A stretch of DNA of 64,000 bases from Diplonema japonicum (taxonomy: Eukaryota > Protista > Euglenozoa: Diplonemea), in NCBI GenBank assembly GCA_964019335.1, contig OZ025711.1, forward strand, positions 1-64,000, in the 5' to 3' direction. The notes below the pieces were generated by a model. It saw only the letters and a list, made by a program, of their open reading frames with translations, was not told the DNA's origin and ran no database searches. Each line of letters begins with the position of its first letter. Positions within the stretch are counted from its first letter, which is position 1. Positions 43,476-57,672 of this stretch are shown piece by piece. A program made the position numbers and the translations under genes.

Positions 43476-46400
43476 TCAACATATAAATAACACGAACACA
43501 AGCACAACCGAGCAAAAGGACCAATCGCCACGCATAGGCGCGGCACGGTCCACCGGCGTAATCATGAGAGAAGGGGGGTCCGACACATAGGACAGCGTCA
43601 TAGAGGCGGTGACAGATGTCTGGTTGAGCATAGTGGGCAAAGGAGAAGGTGTAGGGATAACCGAAGGAGGATCCGTAGCAGGGGGTGTGAAGGAAAGCAC
43701 AGAGGAAAGCCCGGGAAAGGACGGGGATACCACTTGCAACGCAGTGGAAAGAGTGTCTTGAAGAGTCGGGGCCATGGGCTGCACGGTGAATTCAACAAGA
43801 ACCCCAGTTGGACTGGTGCCCTGCAGCAAAGACCCTGCTGTTCGAAGCCCAGAGCTCAAAACCTTGCACACCGATGCATTCTGCTTGTCTTGATTGGTTA
43901 TAACAGTGTCAACACCATTACGGGCTTCACAGACCCATAACACCTTTACGGAGTAACCGTTGGGACCGCTCAAGGCAGCTCCGAGCTTTGCTTCGAACTC
44001 GTACGGGTCAAAGGTGTTCAATCCAACACCCAGCACAGCTACCTTCGCTACCGGTTGCCCTCCCGCACGTGGGGTCAATGTATTGTCAGGAGATAACGAC
44101 GCTGGGGCTGCAGTAGAGCCGTAAGTGACAGTGAAGTCCCCAGTCAACCCGTTGCACACACCGCCTGCATCGATTTCCGGTGAAATCGAGCACATAGCTT
44201 CTAAAAAGACCTCAGGGCACCCTCCTTCCAAGGTTATGTTCGCCAAGGAAGCAACTCCTTTTGTTACGTTCAGAGTGTACCACCCGTCCGGACCCGAGCC
44301 ATCCACGATGTGGTTACCCCCGAACCCGGGCAGAGCGTGTTTCAACACCACTGTGTAACCAGGGGTTTTGCATGACGCCTTCAGGTTGATCTTCGACACC
44401 GAGTCCCCCGTTACTATCATCCGGCTGTCTTTGAAGGGTCGCAGCGTTGCGGTGATATCTTTCAAATCGGTTTCCACGTGTAGGAATCTGGGCCGGGCCA
44501 GCTTGAACCGCACGACAGTTGACACGGGCGGCGAAACGACTTGTAAATCGCTGAAATCGTTTTGCTCGTATGTCTTGTTGTTGAAGAGAGTGGTCTCTAT
44601 AACACCGTGTTGCGTCTCGACCCTGCTTAGACCCCAGTGAGCATCGGAGCATGGGTCCCAGTTTGGCTCGTGCGAGCACTGACCCAACACGATGTCGTTG
44701 TACTTTCTGCATCCTCGATGGAGGCTGTCTCTCTCTTTCTTCCAGCAAGGCAGTCTGTTTGTCCGGTAGCTCACCTTGACGGGGGTTTGTATTGGTGCGC
44801 CAGTTCTGTCGTACACTGTGATCCTCACGGGAAGTATGTAGCCTGATACCCAGTCCATCCCGTGTGCTGGCACCCAGTCCTCGTTTACGCGTGCTGTTAC
44901 AACAATCGATGCTGGGGCGGACACTACTTCGAGACCGGGGAGCTTGGTGCCGTCTTCGAATTCGCAATACCACATCCCCGGAGGGTTCAGAACGATTCCA
45001 TAGATGAATGCAAGGATTTTCGAATCCAAAATTGGGGTGAAGGAGGCGTTCTTTACCGGGCTATGCAGCGTGCCATGCCCGCACCGCAACACTATGTTGT
45101 CGTCCATGTACGTGGTGACCGTGTGGACCTCGACGCGATCCCCCGCCACGCCGACCGGTCTGTTCGTGTTGGGGTCGATCACCGTGTGTTTAAAGAACAT
45201 CCCGTTCTTCTGCAGCAGCACCTCCAGGCCGATGAAATCTGTAGTACCGTTGATGCTTTCCTTGGTGCGCACCACAAACGTTCTGTTTCGGAAAGCCCCC
45301 TGCAAAGGATCGACCGCAGACACGGTGCAAATCGCCTTCGGTGCTGTCCCCTGCGTTTTAAACACCCCCCTCAGGAGCATCTCACCACCGTGGTTCACGA
45401 CAGGTATGCACGGATTGATGCACACGAAGCAGCCAGATTGGTCCACCACCACATTCACAGCCTCTCCGTCAAGGTGTGGTGTGACGTATTGCTCCAAGTT
45501 GTTTTCTAGAGTGAGTCGTAGATGTGATATTTTGCCCGTGACTCGGGTGGAGAAGCTCTCTGCCGTCCACTCCCATGCGTCAGTGCTCGTTGACATGACG
45601 AGCAGCGGGATCTCTACTTTGTTGAGATCCTTGTACTGCAAGGTTACTGCGCACCTGCAATTAGTCTCGTCTGCTGAAGGGTCAGCTGCAACTACAGTGG
45701 AGCCCCTCCCATGGTGGATAGAGGAGTCTCCAATGTGTACCGTGCATGCTGTTTGCACGCAGAACCACCCTGCAACAACAACACCTGTCTCATCAGCAAC
45801 GTGGAAGCCCTGTGGTGTCTCGCACATGACTGCGTACTCGATGCGCTGCACGATACCGTGTTCCACCGTCATTCCTGTGCCTCCCACGTTGACCCCGAGC
45901 TTGCTGGCTTGGCATGCGACTCCTATCTTCACTTTCCCACCGTCGTGCACCGTGGGCAGGCCTGCGAGTTGCGGCATTCTGAAGCCAATTTCCACTACTC
46001 CAGGGGGTGACCCTTCCTCCACTACAACAGTCACTTTTCCAGGTATCGAGTACGGCGGCTCGTACGCTGCACCGTTCCACATCACCACAGGCCCCTCCGC
46101 GGCATGTCGCACTCTCACAGACGTGAGTGCGACCTCTCTCCACAACCCGTCATCGTCCTGGAACCCTGCCTTCGACATCGTCCCGACACTCACTACCAGC
46201 TCCACAGGAACACCTTTGCTGCCGTCGTCGTCGAATGCGGGCTGTAGTGCTCTGTCAGCCGGACCGCCTACAGACATTGCTCTGTCGAGGTTCCCATCTG
46301 CAGCGTATACCTCGAACACCCACAGCCCATTCCCGTCCTGCACTGTGTCGCTGAGAGGAATGGCTACTAGCTGTTCGGGTGCCGCCACGACAGTGAAGTT

Positions 46401-49400
46401 ATACTGAAGCACAGCGTTGCTCGTGTCACTGAACATCATCGCGCACAGGTCACATGCCCTGTCTGCGCGCACCTGCATCAACGCCACACCGTTCTTGCCT
46501 GCCATTGTCTTCTCACCCACATGAAGTGCCTGCACGGCTATGGTGCCACCTCCTCCGTTGCCCCAGCCAGTGTTCGTGTACTTTAATATGTCAGCGCCTG
46601 TCCAGCTGGGGTGGCCATTGCCATCGACCCTCCACATAGAGAGGGAGAATGGCCTTCTGCGCCACCTTGTCCTGGGGGCACCGGGAGCGAGGGCCCACTT
46701 GGAGGAGCATGTTGTGACCTTCACAGCAAGGGGAACGTGTGCAGGGCCCATGAGACGGAAGGCCCCAGCCATTCTGTCCTTCCCGTCACCAAGGACCTCG
46801 TAATGAATCCACACACTGCACAGACTGCAGGGGCGCGTGTACAGAAAGCGGAGAACAGGGTCCACAGAGGGCCCCACCCGAAGGCGCCCTTGTTTCTCGG
46901 GGATCCCCTCCCCGCACGTCCTTCCTTCCGCCCCTCCCCGCACAAACCCCCCGTTCCCGTACCGAAGCTCCCTGCTCCCGTCCGAGCCTGTCCCCTCCCA
47001 TCGGCTCTCCACCTCCACGACCACAGCCACCCCCTCCACCTTCACAGACCACCGCCTCTCCCCAAAGTGCTGCACCGCCTCCAACCGCACCTCGAACTCT
47101 TCTCCTACCCGCACCTCTTGCACCGCCACCACCACACCCGCTTCCCGCACCCGCTCCCCGACCGAGACCCCAGGGAGCTCCTGCCGCACCACCTCGACCG
47201 CCCCCGCCCGCCGCCCCCGAACCGTGAACGGCTTCGTGAACTGGATCCGGTTCCCCAACACAGGCCTCCGATCCCTCGCAGTCCACTCCACAGGCTCCTC
47301 CAGACACGTCGCACCTGACACACCGCTCGAGTAGCACAGGTCGAACCGCAGCGTACACTTCTCGCAAGGTGTCATGAAGCTCACCCATGATGTGGAGACA
47401 CCATTCTCAAGAGGTGTAAGCGGTGCTTCCTTCAATAGCGTCGTGCTGGAATCAGTGTACGTGTAGGTGGTGATGCCTCCCGAGCCGCCACACCCGCCAT
47501 GTGTGTGCTGCGTCACACGCACGTTAGTGGAGTAGGTCCAGGCACGCAGACCTGCCTCTGTGGTGATGATGGTCTGGATGGGGAAAGGCACCCCTGCTGA
47601 AGGGGCATCGTAAGGCCAGCCCAGCTGCGGGAAGTGAGTGAGCTCCCGGTAGTTGTATGAGCTGCTGTTGGAGTACCTTGTGATGAAGCACTCTTCGTAC
47701 GTCACGCGGTCGAGGATGGTCCACTGGGCGTACTTTTCGGGTGGCAGTACCCACTGAAAGGAGTTGAAGGACTGCACAGCAGAAATGATGTTGCCGTTGG
47801 TCGTGGCGATGATGCTGACCTTCGACATGGACAGCGTAGGGTGCACCCCTGCGAAGGTGAAGCTGATGAGGGTGTGGTTTGCCGACGTGGTGCCTTGCAA
47901 GGACGTGTAGACAGTGCCGTTGGGCAGCATGAGTTGCTGGCCGGGTACGGTGAGCGTGTAATCGACAACGTCTTCGTAAAACATGAACTTAGTGATGCCC
48001 TGGTTGGAGACAAGGTAGTAGGTCACAAGGGTTACCGTGAAGAATTCCCCAGGGCCGTAGCAAGAGCCACTGCCCGGCTTAAAGGTAAGCTGGGTAGGTT
48101 CAAAGAGCACCATTGCTTGCGTCGTCTGTCGCTTTGCCTTCACGGTCAGCCAGATAGTACGGCATATCGTGCTGATGCTGTTTGCAGGCGTTCCGCACAC
48201 ATGGAGCACAGCATCGCGCACAGGAACTGCAGATGATACGAGCTTAACAGGTGTAAGCCCTTCAGTGGCCTCATTTGTTGTCATGTTGAGCACAGCCCAC
48301 CCATACGACACGCCACCTTCCTCGTCATGCTGCCAGCTAGAATTCACACGCGTCTCAAACACGGGTAGTGGTGCTGTGTTCACAGCAACATCATAGACCG
48401 CAGTCCCGTTGTAGGAGACGAACAGCACACCACCCGCGGCCATCTGCGCAGTGGTGGCTTCTATGCGGTAGATGTCATCAGCACTCTCACCTACAGTGAA
48501 GTCCCACGTGGACACGGCCAACATGGGCTTTACAACACGCACCGCCTCCTCCGTTATGTTGACTTCGCAGGAAATTACGTTCTCCCTGTCCTCAGAGAGG
48601 CCTTGGTAGGTCTCAATGAGCATCGTGACACCTGTGGCAGGGGAGTTGATCACAGCAGCTCCGCCCTGCCCGAAGATAGACGTCAGGGACAGCCCGCCAA
48701 CGCTGATGTGCAACGGCCACCTAGCATACAACGACGGGAGGCGGGTGACGCTGTTAATGGTAGTCACTTTCACGACAGACAGGTCAGCATGACAGTCTAG
48801 GGCGTTGTCCTCGTTCGTGAAGGTAAAGTACAACACGCCTGATATGTCCGTTGGGTTGGCTCCCCACGTGGAGTGGAAGTGCACCTCGCAGTCGGTGCAC
48901 TCGCCGGACGCATGAAACGTCCAGCTCGCAGATAGCACTCCCTCCTCTTCCGACCATTCTAAGGGGTATAATATGATCTCGTTCTCGTTCAAAGGATTGT
49001 CCTTGTCGGTCACCAGGCTGAACCCCGACTGGCTCACCACACCGTTCTCAGACCATGGAGACACGAGCATGGTATAGATGCTGCCGTAGTGGTATTCATC
49101 AGGCATCCAACACCCGCCCCCGCACCACTCTCCGACTTGTGCCACCACATTGATTCCGCGTGATAGAGGGGCTTTGGTGTTGCTGCTGCTCACTCTTACA
49201 GACGTTCCCACCACACGTACGATCATCAGCAATACTGCTGTTCGGTCGAGCCAGCTGAATGTTACAAAACACCCACCTTCACGACGTTCGCATCCCACGT
49301 TGCTGTCAACGGAGAATTGCAAGGACCCTGCCCAGGCCCCCGTCCCCTGGACAACGTTCACCAAGTTGTCGGCGTCGCGGATTGTGGCCGTTACCACGTC

Positions 49401-52400
49401 GTCTGCTCGGAAGGGGTGGCCTTCTATATCCAGTGTCGAGTAGCTCAGCGTGTACCACTCCCTTGCTTGGATGTAGTCTGAACACACCCAATGACCATCC
49501 TTTTTGGTCAACGACACGACAGGAACCTCGCCGGGTCCTTGTATCGCCAGCAGCTCCACACTCTCAACAGCTCTCGGTTGCCACATCACCTCGACTACGA
49601 CCCACATCTCTGGCTGGTATCGCAGCATACACCGCAGCACAACGTGCTGCGCGTCGGCAGGTTCCACCACTATGTACGATGCATTGCCAGCAGGGCCCCA
49701 TGGCACGTACTCTGGAAACTCCGGATCCTTGCAGATCACTTCCAAGTCGATGGACGGGTTCCTCAGGACAAGATTCCGCGAGAATGCAAGGACATCCACC
49801 ATGCAAGGCACACCAATAATGCAGAACACGGATCCGCAGGCATCTTCTACAACAGCACACTGCAGTCCATCAGGATGGTTGGGTTTAATGTGCAGGTGGT
49901 GGTTCACAATCACGCTGTCGGGGAGACGTGTCTCAAGCGACCACCAATGAGCGGCCGAGCGGACCAGGGTCTGCTGAATGGCAAACCTCACCCCACAGCC
50001 AAAGGCAGGGCAGCGGGTCTGTATAGCAAGAACAAAAGTAACGGCGTCATTGTTCGTGCGTGCTCGGAGGTTGTTGTGCGGTTCATCGTACTCCTGAGGC
50101 GCATGGCACGCAGGCTGCACTTGGTTGGTCACTTCAAAGGCAGATGGGGAGAAGGGGTCGGTGGGGTTTTCGCAGAGCTCTGTGTCACAACGCAGCACAG
50201 TCACAACCTCACCAGGCGGGACCCCCGTCACGGTGACGGAAAAGGACGCAGGGCTGCCGTGCGGGAGGGGTGCCGTGGTGTTGAACAATGCGGTCGCCCA
50301 AACTTCCGGCAGCACGCTGCCCGGTCTGCTCCAGTACGGCTTCCCCCTGTCCAGCATGGGCACATGATACAAGCCTTCGCCAACGCCACTGGTCGATATC
50401 TTAAATAAGCACAGACTGACTTCGCCTTGAATCGGGAGCACTACGTCAGCTACTTTCGCTACCTCGGGGAGACCACTACCGGGTGCTGTTTGATACCACT
50501 CCGGCGGTCCGTCGATACTCCCCAATGGCGGCGTGGTTGGCAGCACACACAACTGCCCTTTACTCTTGATTTGCATGAGATCAGTCACGTACTCCTGATA
50601 AGTACAGTTGCTCACATGTCCACACCACGTAGCGCCATCAATGTTCAGGTCGTACAGCAACACAGTAGAGGTGTCTGCGTGGATCTCGGCGAATATTTTC
50701 AACGGGAGGACGTCGATGTAACGAGCGCTGGAGCCTGGGAGCGAGATCCAGGGCGAGAGCTTGCTTTCTCTGAGGCATATTCTGTACCTTCCAGGCACCA
50801 GGGGTAGGTTCGTTTTGAGATACAACCGAAGCTCAACAGCATTGAATGTAAGGGTGGTGACGGCCACCTGCCCTGCGTCACACGGGAGGTTGTCCCCAAC
50901 AAAGGCGACGATGATACCGGTAAGCACTGCAGGGGCGATTGGTTCGTAGGTCTTGATGTACAGAAAAGGCAGAGAGGTCGTGAAGAGGTTTTCCATAGGG
51001 AGGGTGGTGAGACCTGCTCGAAGCAGTTGCGTAGTGGTGACCACCCAGTGCTCATAGACGCTGGGCTTGGTGATGAAGCTCGACATGCCTGCTGGACCGC
51101 GAAGGTACACCGCAGTGTCGTTCGATACAAATGCCCGTTGCGATGCTTCCACCCACGCCCTGTCGCCATAAAAAATTGAATTCAGACATATTTTATACAC
51201 AGCAGCCACGTTGCCGGGCGTGCTTGGGAAGGAGACAGAGACTTCCGCCTCATGTACCAGACCCTTGACCGGACCTAGCACCAAAGGGGCCGTGCTGATC
51301 TCAATGCCTTTTTCACATTGAGACTTCACTGTCACTATTTTCACACTGTCTGCCAAGGTGTCGATCGCACTATCAAGGATTGAGATCATAACTTGTACTG
51401 TGGCCTGGTTCACAGGGACGTTGCCTTTGGTGACCCGCCACCTTACGTGGTTATCCCTGACGTCATAAGTGTACCTGCTGCTCGCAGATCTCGGCACGTA
51501 CCATGACATGGTTCCATCAAGCCTCAGGCACATCAGGTATTCGCCGCCTTCTGAGGGTGTCATCAGTGTGAATTGCAGCACTTCCTGTTCCAGTGCAGTG
51601 AAGTTATTGGTTACTATGACAGGTTGTGCTTCTGTCCCTCCACCTGGCCCGAGGCAGTTGTCATTGTCCACGTGCCGCACCATTACAAGCTTCGCCATGA
51701 ACCCGACCAGATGACTTGCTTTGAAAGGCGATACTCTGAAGCTTTGCACGGTGCCACCCAGTAGCGGTTGCGCGCCAACCTCTCCCTTCTCCTTCGGGTG
51801 CTCCATCCGCATCAACACATTTTCCTTCACAGTCAAGGTTGCGTTAAGGGTGATCCAGTTCCAGCTTGCGAACTGCTTGTAGCACAGCCTGTAGGAGTTA
51901 GAGCTCCCCGCCGCAGGGTTGTAGTCGGGGAGGTTCAAGACTGCTGCCACCCCGCGCACGCTGAACTGGGTCGAGTCGAAGGGGACGATGTCGTCGTAGA
52001 GACGCGGTGCCGACGCCGCCACCGCCGACAGCAGCGACTCCGCCCACACCGCCGACAGCCCGTCGGAACACGGCCGCCGCCGCAGCCCGCTCCCACCCTC
52101 ATCCTCGCAGTACAGGGACAGGTGCGTGTCCCCCGTTCGCTCGTTCCAGTTCTGAGGGTTCACATCGCATGTGTGGCGCTTCCGACGTTGCTGTGGGAGG
52201 AGGAGGTGGTGGTGGTCTGTGGTTCCTTCTTCTTCTTTTTCTTCTTCTTCTTCGGGGACGATTCGGAACACGTCAGCAGAGGAGCTGCAACCTCCTTCGC
52301 AGAGAGACCGCCTCCCTACAGACCCAGAGAAGCCCTCGTCCAAGAGGAGGAACAATGCCTCCATCCCACCCCGTTCCTCTTCGAAGGTGACGGAGAGAGA

Positions 52401-53065
52401 CGAAAGGGCGTCTCCTGTGATTGAGAGGTACACCTCCCCTCCTTCCTGCCGAACTTCGCCACCACTCTCCCACCCGGACCGCTGCAGCGCATTCTCGTTC
52501 GCGTTGTCCCCGCCTCCCTCCAACACGTAGCCGCTGTGCGGGGCCACCTCCGCGGGGCCCACAACCCTCCAGTTCCACCCCCGCGCTCGATGGCACACCC
52601 TGTACAGCCCTTTTGAGGGGAGCTCCAAGTAGTAGGCCACAGAGTTCGTCCCCGGGCTGTCCCTCCCGGACCCAGCACACACAGCCTCGTCTGTTCCCGC
52701 CGACGCGCTGTCGCACTCCACCTCGCCTCCGTTTCGATTCTCCGTCCCGAGACCCCGCCTCAGTCGAGCTGCCCTCCCCTTTGCTGCATCTTCCTCATCC
52801 TCTTCCCATGCCTCCAGGCTCTCTCCAGTCGCCGCCTCGAAGTAGACGGAGTCGCAGGGATGCCCTGCCCTCACAAGCCTCACAGCACTCCCGTTCGTGT
52901 TCTCCACCCTGTCTTGCAAACCGTACGCACGCTGCAGGTTCCACTCCCTCGAGTCCAAGAGACCCCCTTCAGGGGTGCGGTTCCTCGTCTCCACAATGAG
53001 GGGACCGTAGGTGTTCGTCCTCGTGTCGTTCATGTACCACTGCAGGTACCCTGGTGAGTACAACG

Positions 53066-53119
<54 letters not shown>

Positions 53120-56100
53120 GGTGTTGTTGTGCCGCAGAAAGAGAAGAGGACTGGATTGCTTCGGCAAGAAAAGGAAGAGGCCACAAGACCCCGTTCAGCT
53201 GGGTAGCTGCCTGCAGGGAACGGGGGCTTCCTCCCGTCGTGAGGAGGTGGAGCCATTTTGTAGGGACGCCTGCAGTGTGAAGGGATCCCTCCCCGTGCCA
53301 CAGAAGCACCCGGAGCCCACTGTTCCGCTCACAAGGCGACGCCACCCACTGACAGCTGCGGTAGTAGCAGACGTGCCACTCTGTGTCCTCCTCAGGGACC
53401 CACAGAGGGGAGAAGCTTGTCGTCACCCTGTCCTGGTCCCCCTCCCTCCTCTCCTCCGCCCCAGCTCTCAACACCAGCGTGGGGTCCCTCCCGAGGTCTG
53501 CACTCCCGGAAGGGTACTCCGCCCCCTCCTCAGCAAAACCGCCGTGTCGACCACTGTGTGCTGTCCCATCCCCGCGACCCGTCCCCTCGTCCAACCCTGT
53601 GAACCAGCACCCGACAGAAGGAAAGGACCCGAGGACTGTCTTCCGGGAGCTCCTGTAGTTCGCAGTCACCTCCTCCGCGTTCTCCCCAAAGTGTCGCCTC
53701 GGAACGATGCGGAAGAAGTCACCACCTTGTTGTTGTTGTTGTTGTTGCTGGTGCTGGGCGGCTGCCACCTCCTCGTCTCCTGCTGAGATCCAGTACGCCT
53801 TCGCGGTGACGTTCCCCTTCAGAGGCCGCCTGGACAGGATCGAGAGGCTGCTCACAGGGCGCCTGCTCAGCGAGCCCCTCCCGCCGTCGTCGAACACCAT
53901 GGTGCCCCACGTCCCAGGGGTGAGATCGAACATCGACCACCCCAGTTCCTCCCGCTCCACGCGGAACACCGTCCCCAGAGGATCCTCCGTCTCGCAGTGC
54001 CGTGCGTTCCCGCACCGTGCCAGCTTTCGCCACACGGGTATCGATTCCACAGACTGGTTCATCCCCCGAAGCCCCCTTCTCTCCTCCAGAGAGGAGAAGC
54101 ACACTTCGTATTCATCATTCATCATGTTGTTGTTGTCGTTGTTGTTGTTGCTGCTCGGCACAATGGGAAGCCTGACGTAGACAAAGGCCTCCTTCACGGG
54201 GGCAGAGTAGGTCCCAAAGGAAGCAGACGAGGCGAAGGAGGGAACGGGTTCGGGCCTGTAAACCCCTGGCTCCGACCACCTGTCCACCAGCGGATTCGAG
54301 AAGCGAGTCCCGAACAGCCCCACCCCTCCTGCCGTCGCTCCTTCCCGCAGTCCGTCCACAGCCGCCACCCCCCAGCTCCCATCCGCCTCGACGTGTCGGC
54401 TGCCGTAGTACGTGCGCTTGTCCCCCAGCTCCCTCTCCGCGGTGCACCCCTGGCCTTTTCGCACCAGCTTCAAGTTGTCCCCGAACCCACACCACCACAG
54501 AGCCTCCCTCCCGCTCCCCTTCCCGCACCTCAGCGACGCCGCGTACGTGAAGTTCCACCCCTCTGTCCCTAGCAGCTGCACCACTGCGTACTGACCCGAT
54601 GTGGGTGTTGGGATGCGGTACCACGTGTAGCTTGGAAGGGCCTGCTGGATGTAGGAAGGCGGTTTAGTGAGGAATGTAATTTCAAGAGGATGCCAGCCTC
54701 GTAGAGGGGCGACATCCCAGAACTCCGACATAATATGTTCAAAACACACTACGTACGGCACTAAAGGTGCGGGAAAGGTGAAGAAGACGCTCCCCACTAT
54801 GTTTGTGTCATGCTCAACGTCAGTAGCGACACCAACCATGCTGGAGTGGAACAAAGAGACTCCTGTCTTTTCGTATAAATCACAGTCATGTCCACGGTAC
54901 TTGCTATGCGCATGCACCTTGAGGAAGATAGTCCCGACGGTAGCTGATGTGACGTTCGTATCGAACCTTTTCACCGCCTCAGAAGCTATCGTTGCAGACA
55001 CCTTGAGACGCACCTCTTGCCCCGAGACATACGTAGGGGGTTCGATATAAGAGGTGTAGTTGGAATGGGAGAGAAGCGTCATAGAGTCAGTTAAGGAGAT
55101 GGAATCTGTTGCCGAGAGGGTGTAGGTGGGTGACAACGACAGAGAAAAGGTTGGTGACCCTGTAAGCGTGGCACTGGGAAGGGACAGAGACACGCTGAAG
55201 GTAGAAGTCAGCGAAGTAGACTGTGTCTCTGTCGGCACTGTGTAAGTGCTAGTAAGCGTCAAAGACACAGTAGCACTGCTTGTGGGGAAGGTCATCGAAG
55301 CCGATGCGGTGCCCGTGGGCAACGTAAAGGACGCTGTGGCACTGCTTGTCGGCAGCGTCGCCGTTGTTGTCACTGTGAAGGTATCCGTCCCCGTTAGCTG
55401 GTGTGTGATAGATGCCGAGAAGGTGTCTGACTTCGTCAGCGTGTAGGTGCTCGAGTACGTACCCGTCGGCAGTACTACTGACGCAGTCCCCGTTTCTATA
55501 GTCAGCGACCTTGACAGTGTCTCTGTAGCAGATTCCGTCTTTGTGGGCAACGTTATGGAAACGGTGCGTGTCGGTAGCGACAGCGAATAGGTTCCAGTAA
55601 GAGACCCCGAATAGCTGTGCGTGAGGGACTGCGACTCTGTCAAGCTGAAGGTATTCGACAAACTACCCGAGAACGTCGCACTTGAGGACTCGCTCCTCGT
55701 GGGGATCGACAAGGTGTACGTCGTAGTAAGCGACACAGAAAAACTCCCCGAGACGGTGTAGCTCCCTGTCGCCGTAGGCATCGTGTAGCTTATTGAACGC
55801 GTCAGCGAAAAGGTCTCAGTGAACGAATACGTGTCTGTCAAGCTGTAGCTCTCTGTCCTAGTAGGCACTGTGATACTGAAAGTCTCTGTCAGCGACCCTG
55901 ACACACTGCGGGTCGAAGAAACAGTAGGCGTCGCAGTGACCGTAACTGTGGGGAGAGACAGACTGCCAGTGAAGGTTTCCGTCAACGAGAAGGTGTTACT
56001 TGCCGTGGGCATCGTCAACGAGAGCGTCTGTGACTCAGACACAGTCACCGTGCTGGAGAGCGAGACTGTAGAAGAGCTTGTTGGCAAACTTAACGTAAGA

Positions 56101-57443
56101 GTAGCGGTCTCCGTCAGGCTGCTTGTCAGCGACAACGAGTCTGTATACGTACTTGTAGGGAGAGTCATTGTGCCGGTGTGTGTGAGGGACAAGGTCTGCG
56201 ACAACGACTCTGATAAGGATTCAGTAGCGGTGGGCAGCGTCAACGACGTGGTCAAGGTTTCCGTCCCCGACACCGTGCCTGTGGGCAATGTCAAGGTGAA
56301 CGAGTCACTGATGCTTACTGTGCCGGTCCTCAAACTCTTGCTGAGGGTAACGGTCGGGAGTGTAAGTGTCCCCGACAGCGTCTCCGTGGGCAGCGAGAGG
56401 GTCAACGTGAAGGTGTCCGTCAAGCTGTACGTGGCAGATGAAGACTGCGTGACAGTAGGTAAGGTTAAAGTAACCGTTGCCGTGCCCGATAAACTGCCCG
56501 TGTGTGTCTCCGTCAGACTGTGTGTCTCGGAAAGTGTCGAACTCGCAGTGGGCAAGGTTAATGACATGCTGGCCGTCTCACTGACGGTGGCTGTGCTTGA
56601 AACCGTCGGCAGGGTAAGACTCACAGACAACGTGAATGAGGCTGTGAGACTCTGTGTCACACTGTCGGTCCCCGTTTCTATAGTTGCAGACACTGACGCA
56701 GAGAGGGAAAACGACAGGGACTTCGACGCAGTCGATGTAGGGAGCGTTATTGTGGTACTTTCAGTCGCCGTGGCTAGGGTTGCCGTGACAGTGCTTGTCA
56801 GAGAGTAGGTACCAGACGACGTTGCCGTGGGCAGTGACATGGAGAAGGTGCTGGTATCTGTACTGCTTAGAGTAGAGGTAGGGAGTGAGAGGGAAAGCGT
56901 GAACGTGCCGCTGGACGACTGCGAGGCAGTGTCCGTAGGGACCGTGATGGTGTACGTGTCAGTCAAGGAAGTCGAAAACGTGACGGTGCCTGTAACTATG
57001 GAGATAGAACCGGTTGCTGTGGCACTGGCAGACGCCGTGGGCATGGACAAAGTCGTTGTCTCCGTCGCGGATAAAGAATCAGATCCCGTCAAGGACTCCG
57101 TGCTCGTTCTTGAAATCGATACCGTCTCCGTCCCTGTTTCCATAGTCATGCTCGTGGTTTCACTCAGGGATGCGGTCTCAGTAGGCAACGTTGCAGTCAC
57201 ACTTCCTGTCCCCATTGTAACAGTTTGTGATGCCGTCCCTGTGTCTATCGTAACTGTTGTGGATCCAGTTTCTAGAGACACAGATACTGTCTCCGTCCCT
57301 ACTGTCACTGAAGCACTTTCCGTACCAGTCCACATTGTCACCGTGCTGCTCTCTGTTCTTGTCCCTATCGTCTGTGTTGTTGTTGCAGTCTGCCCCACTG
57401 CGCACTCCACGCACACCACCCATACCACCAACGCCCGCCACAT
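43476..57443 (-). CDS. Giant (4655 aa) surface glycoprotein: signal peptide, about 770-aa Thr/Ser-rich stalk, repeated Cys-containing beta modules, GPI-like C-terminus
   Basis: Single uninterrupted ORF; MWRALVVWVVCVECAVG signal; T/S-rich SLTLPT repeats; hydrophobic end SFCSVVLVFVLFIC with no cytosolic tail. Confidence 0.92.
46599..47402. repeat. 804-bp block duplicated at 60358-61161
   Basis: No differences seen by eye; overlapping ORF translations on both strands are identical; constant offset of 13759. Confidence 0.92.
53067..53130. repeat. (TTG)n/(CAA)n microsatellite encoding polyglutamine
   Basis: About 21 CAA-type codons in frame in the giant ORF; shorter tracts near 53727 and 54126. 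Confidence 0.9.
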
Positions 57444-57672
57444 CTAACCATCCCGGGGGCCTTTAGGGTGTGTTTATTGTCTGTCTTAGTGCTTGAAAAC
57501 TGTGAAAACCCCAAAAGAAAGAACATGAAAGCCGATCTATATCTTTATAAACAAAAAATGGGACGGGAAAGAGAGGGGAGGGAAAGGGGTGAACGTGACC
57601 AGACCCCCCCAATGGTGCGGAAGCAACATGGCAGGTTACTGGCAAACCCTCACCCTCCGTGCACAGATTTCT

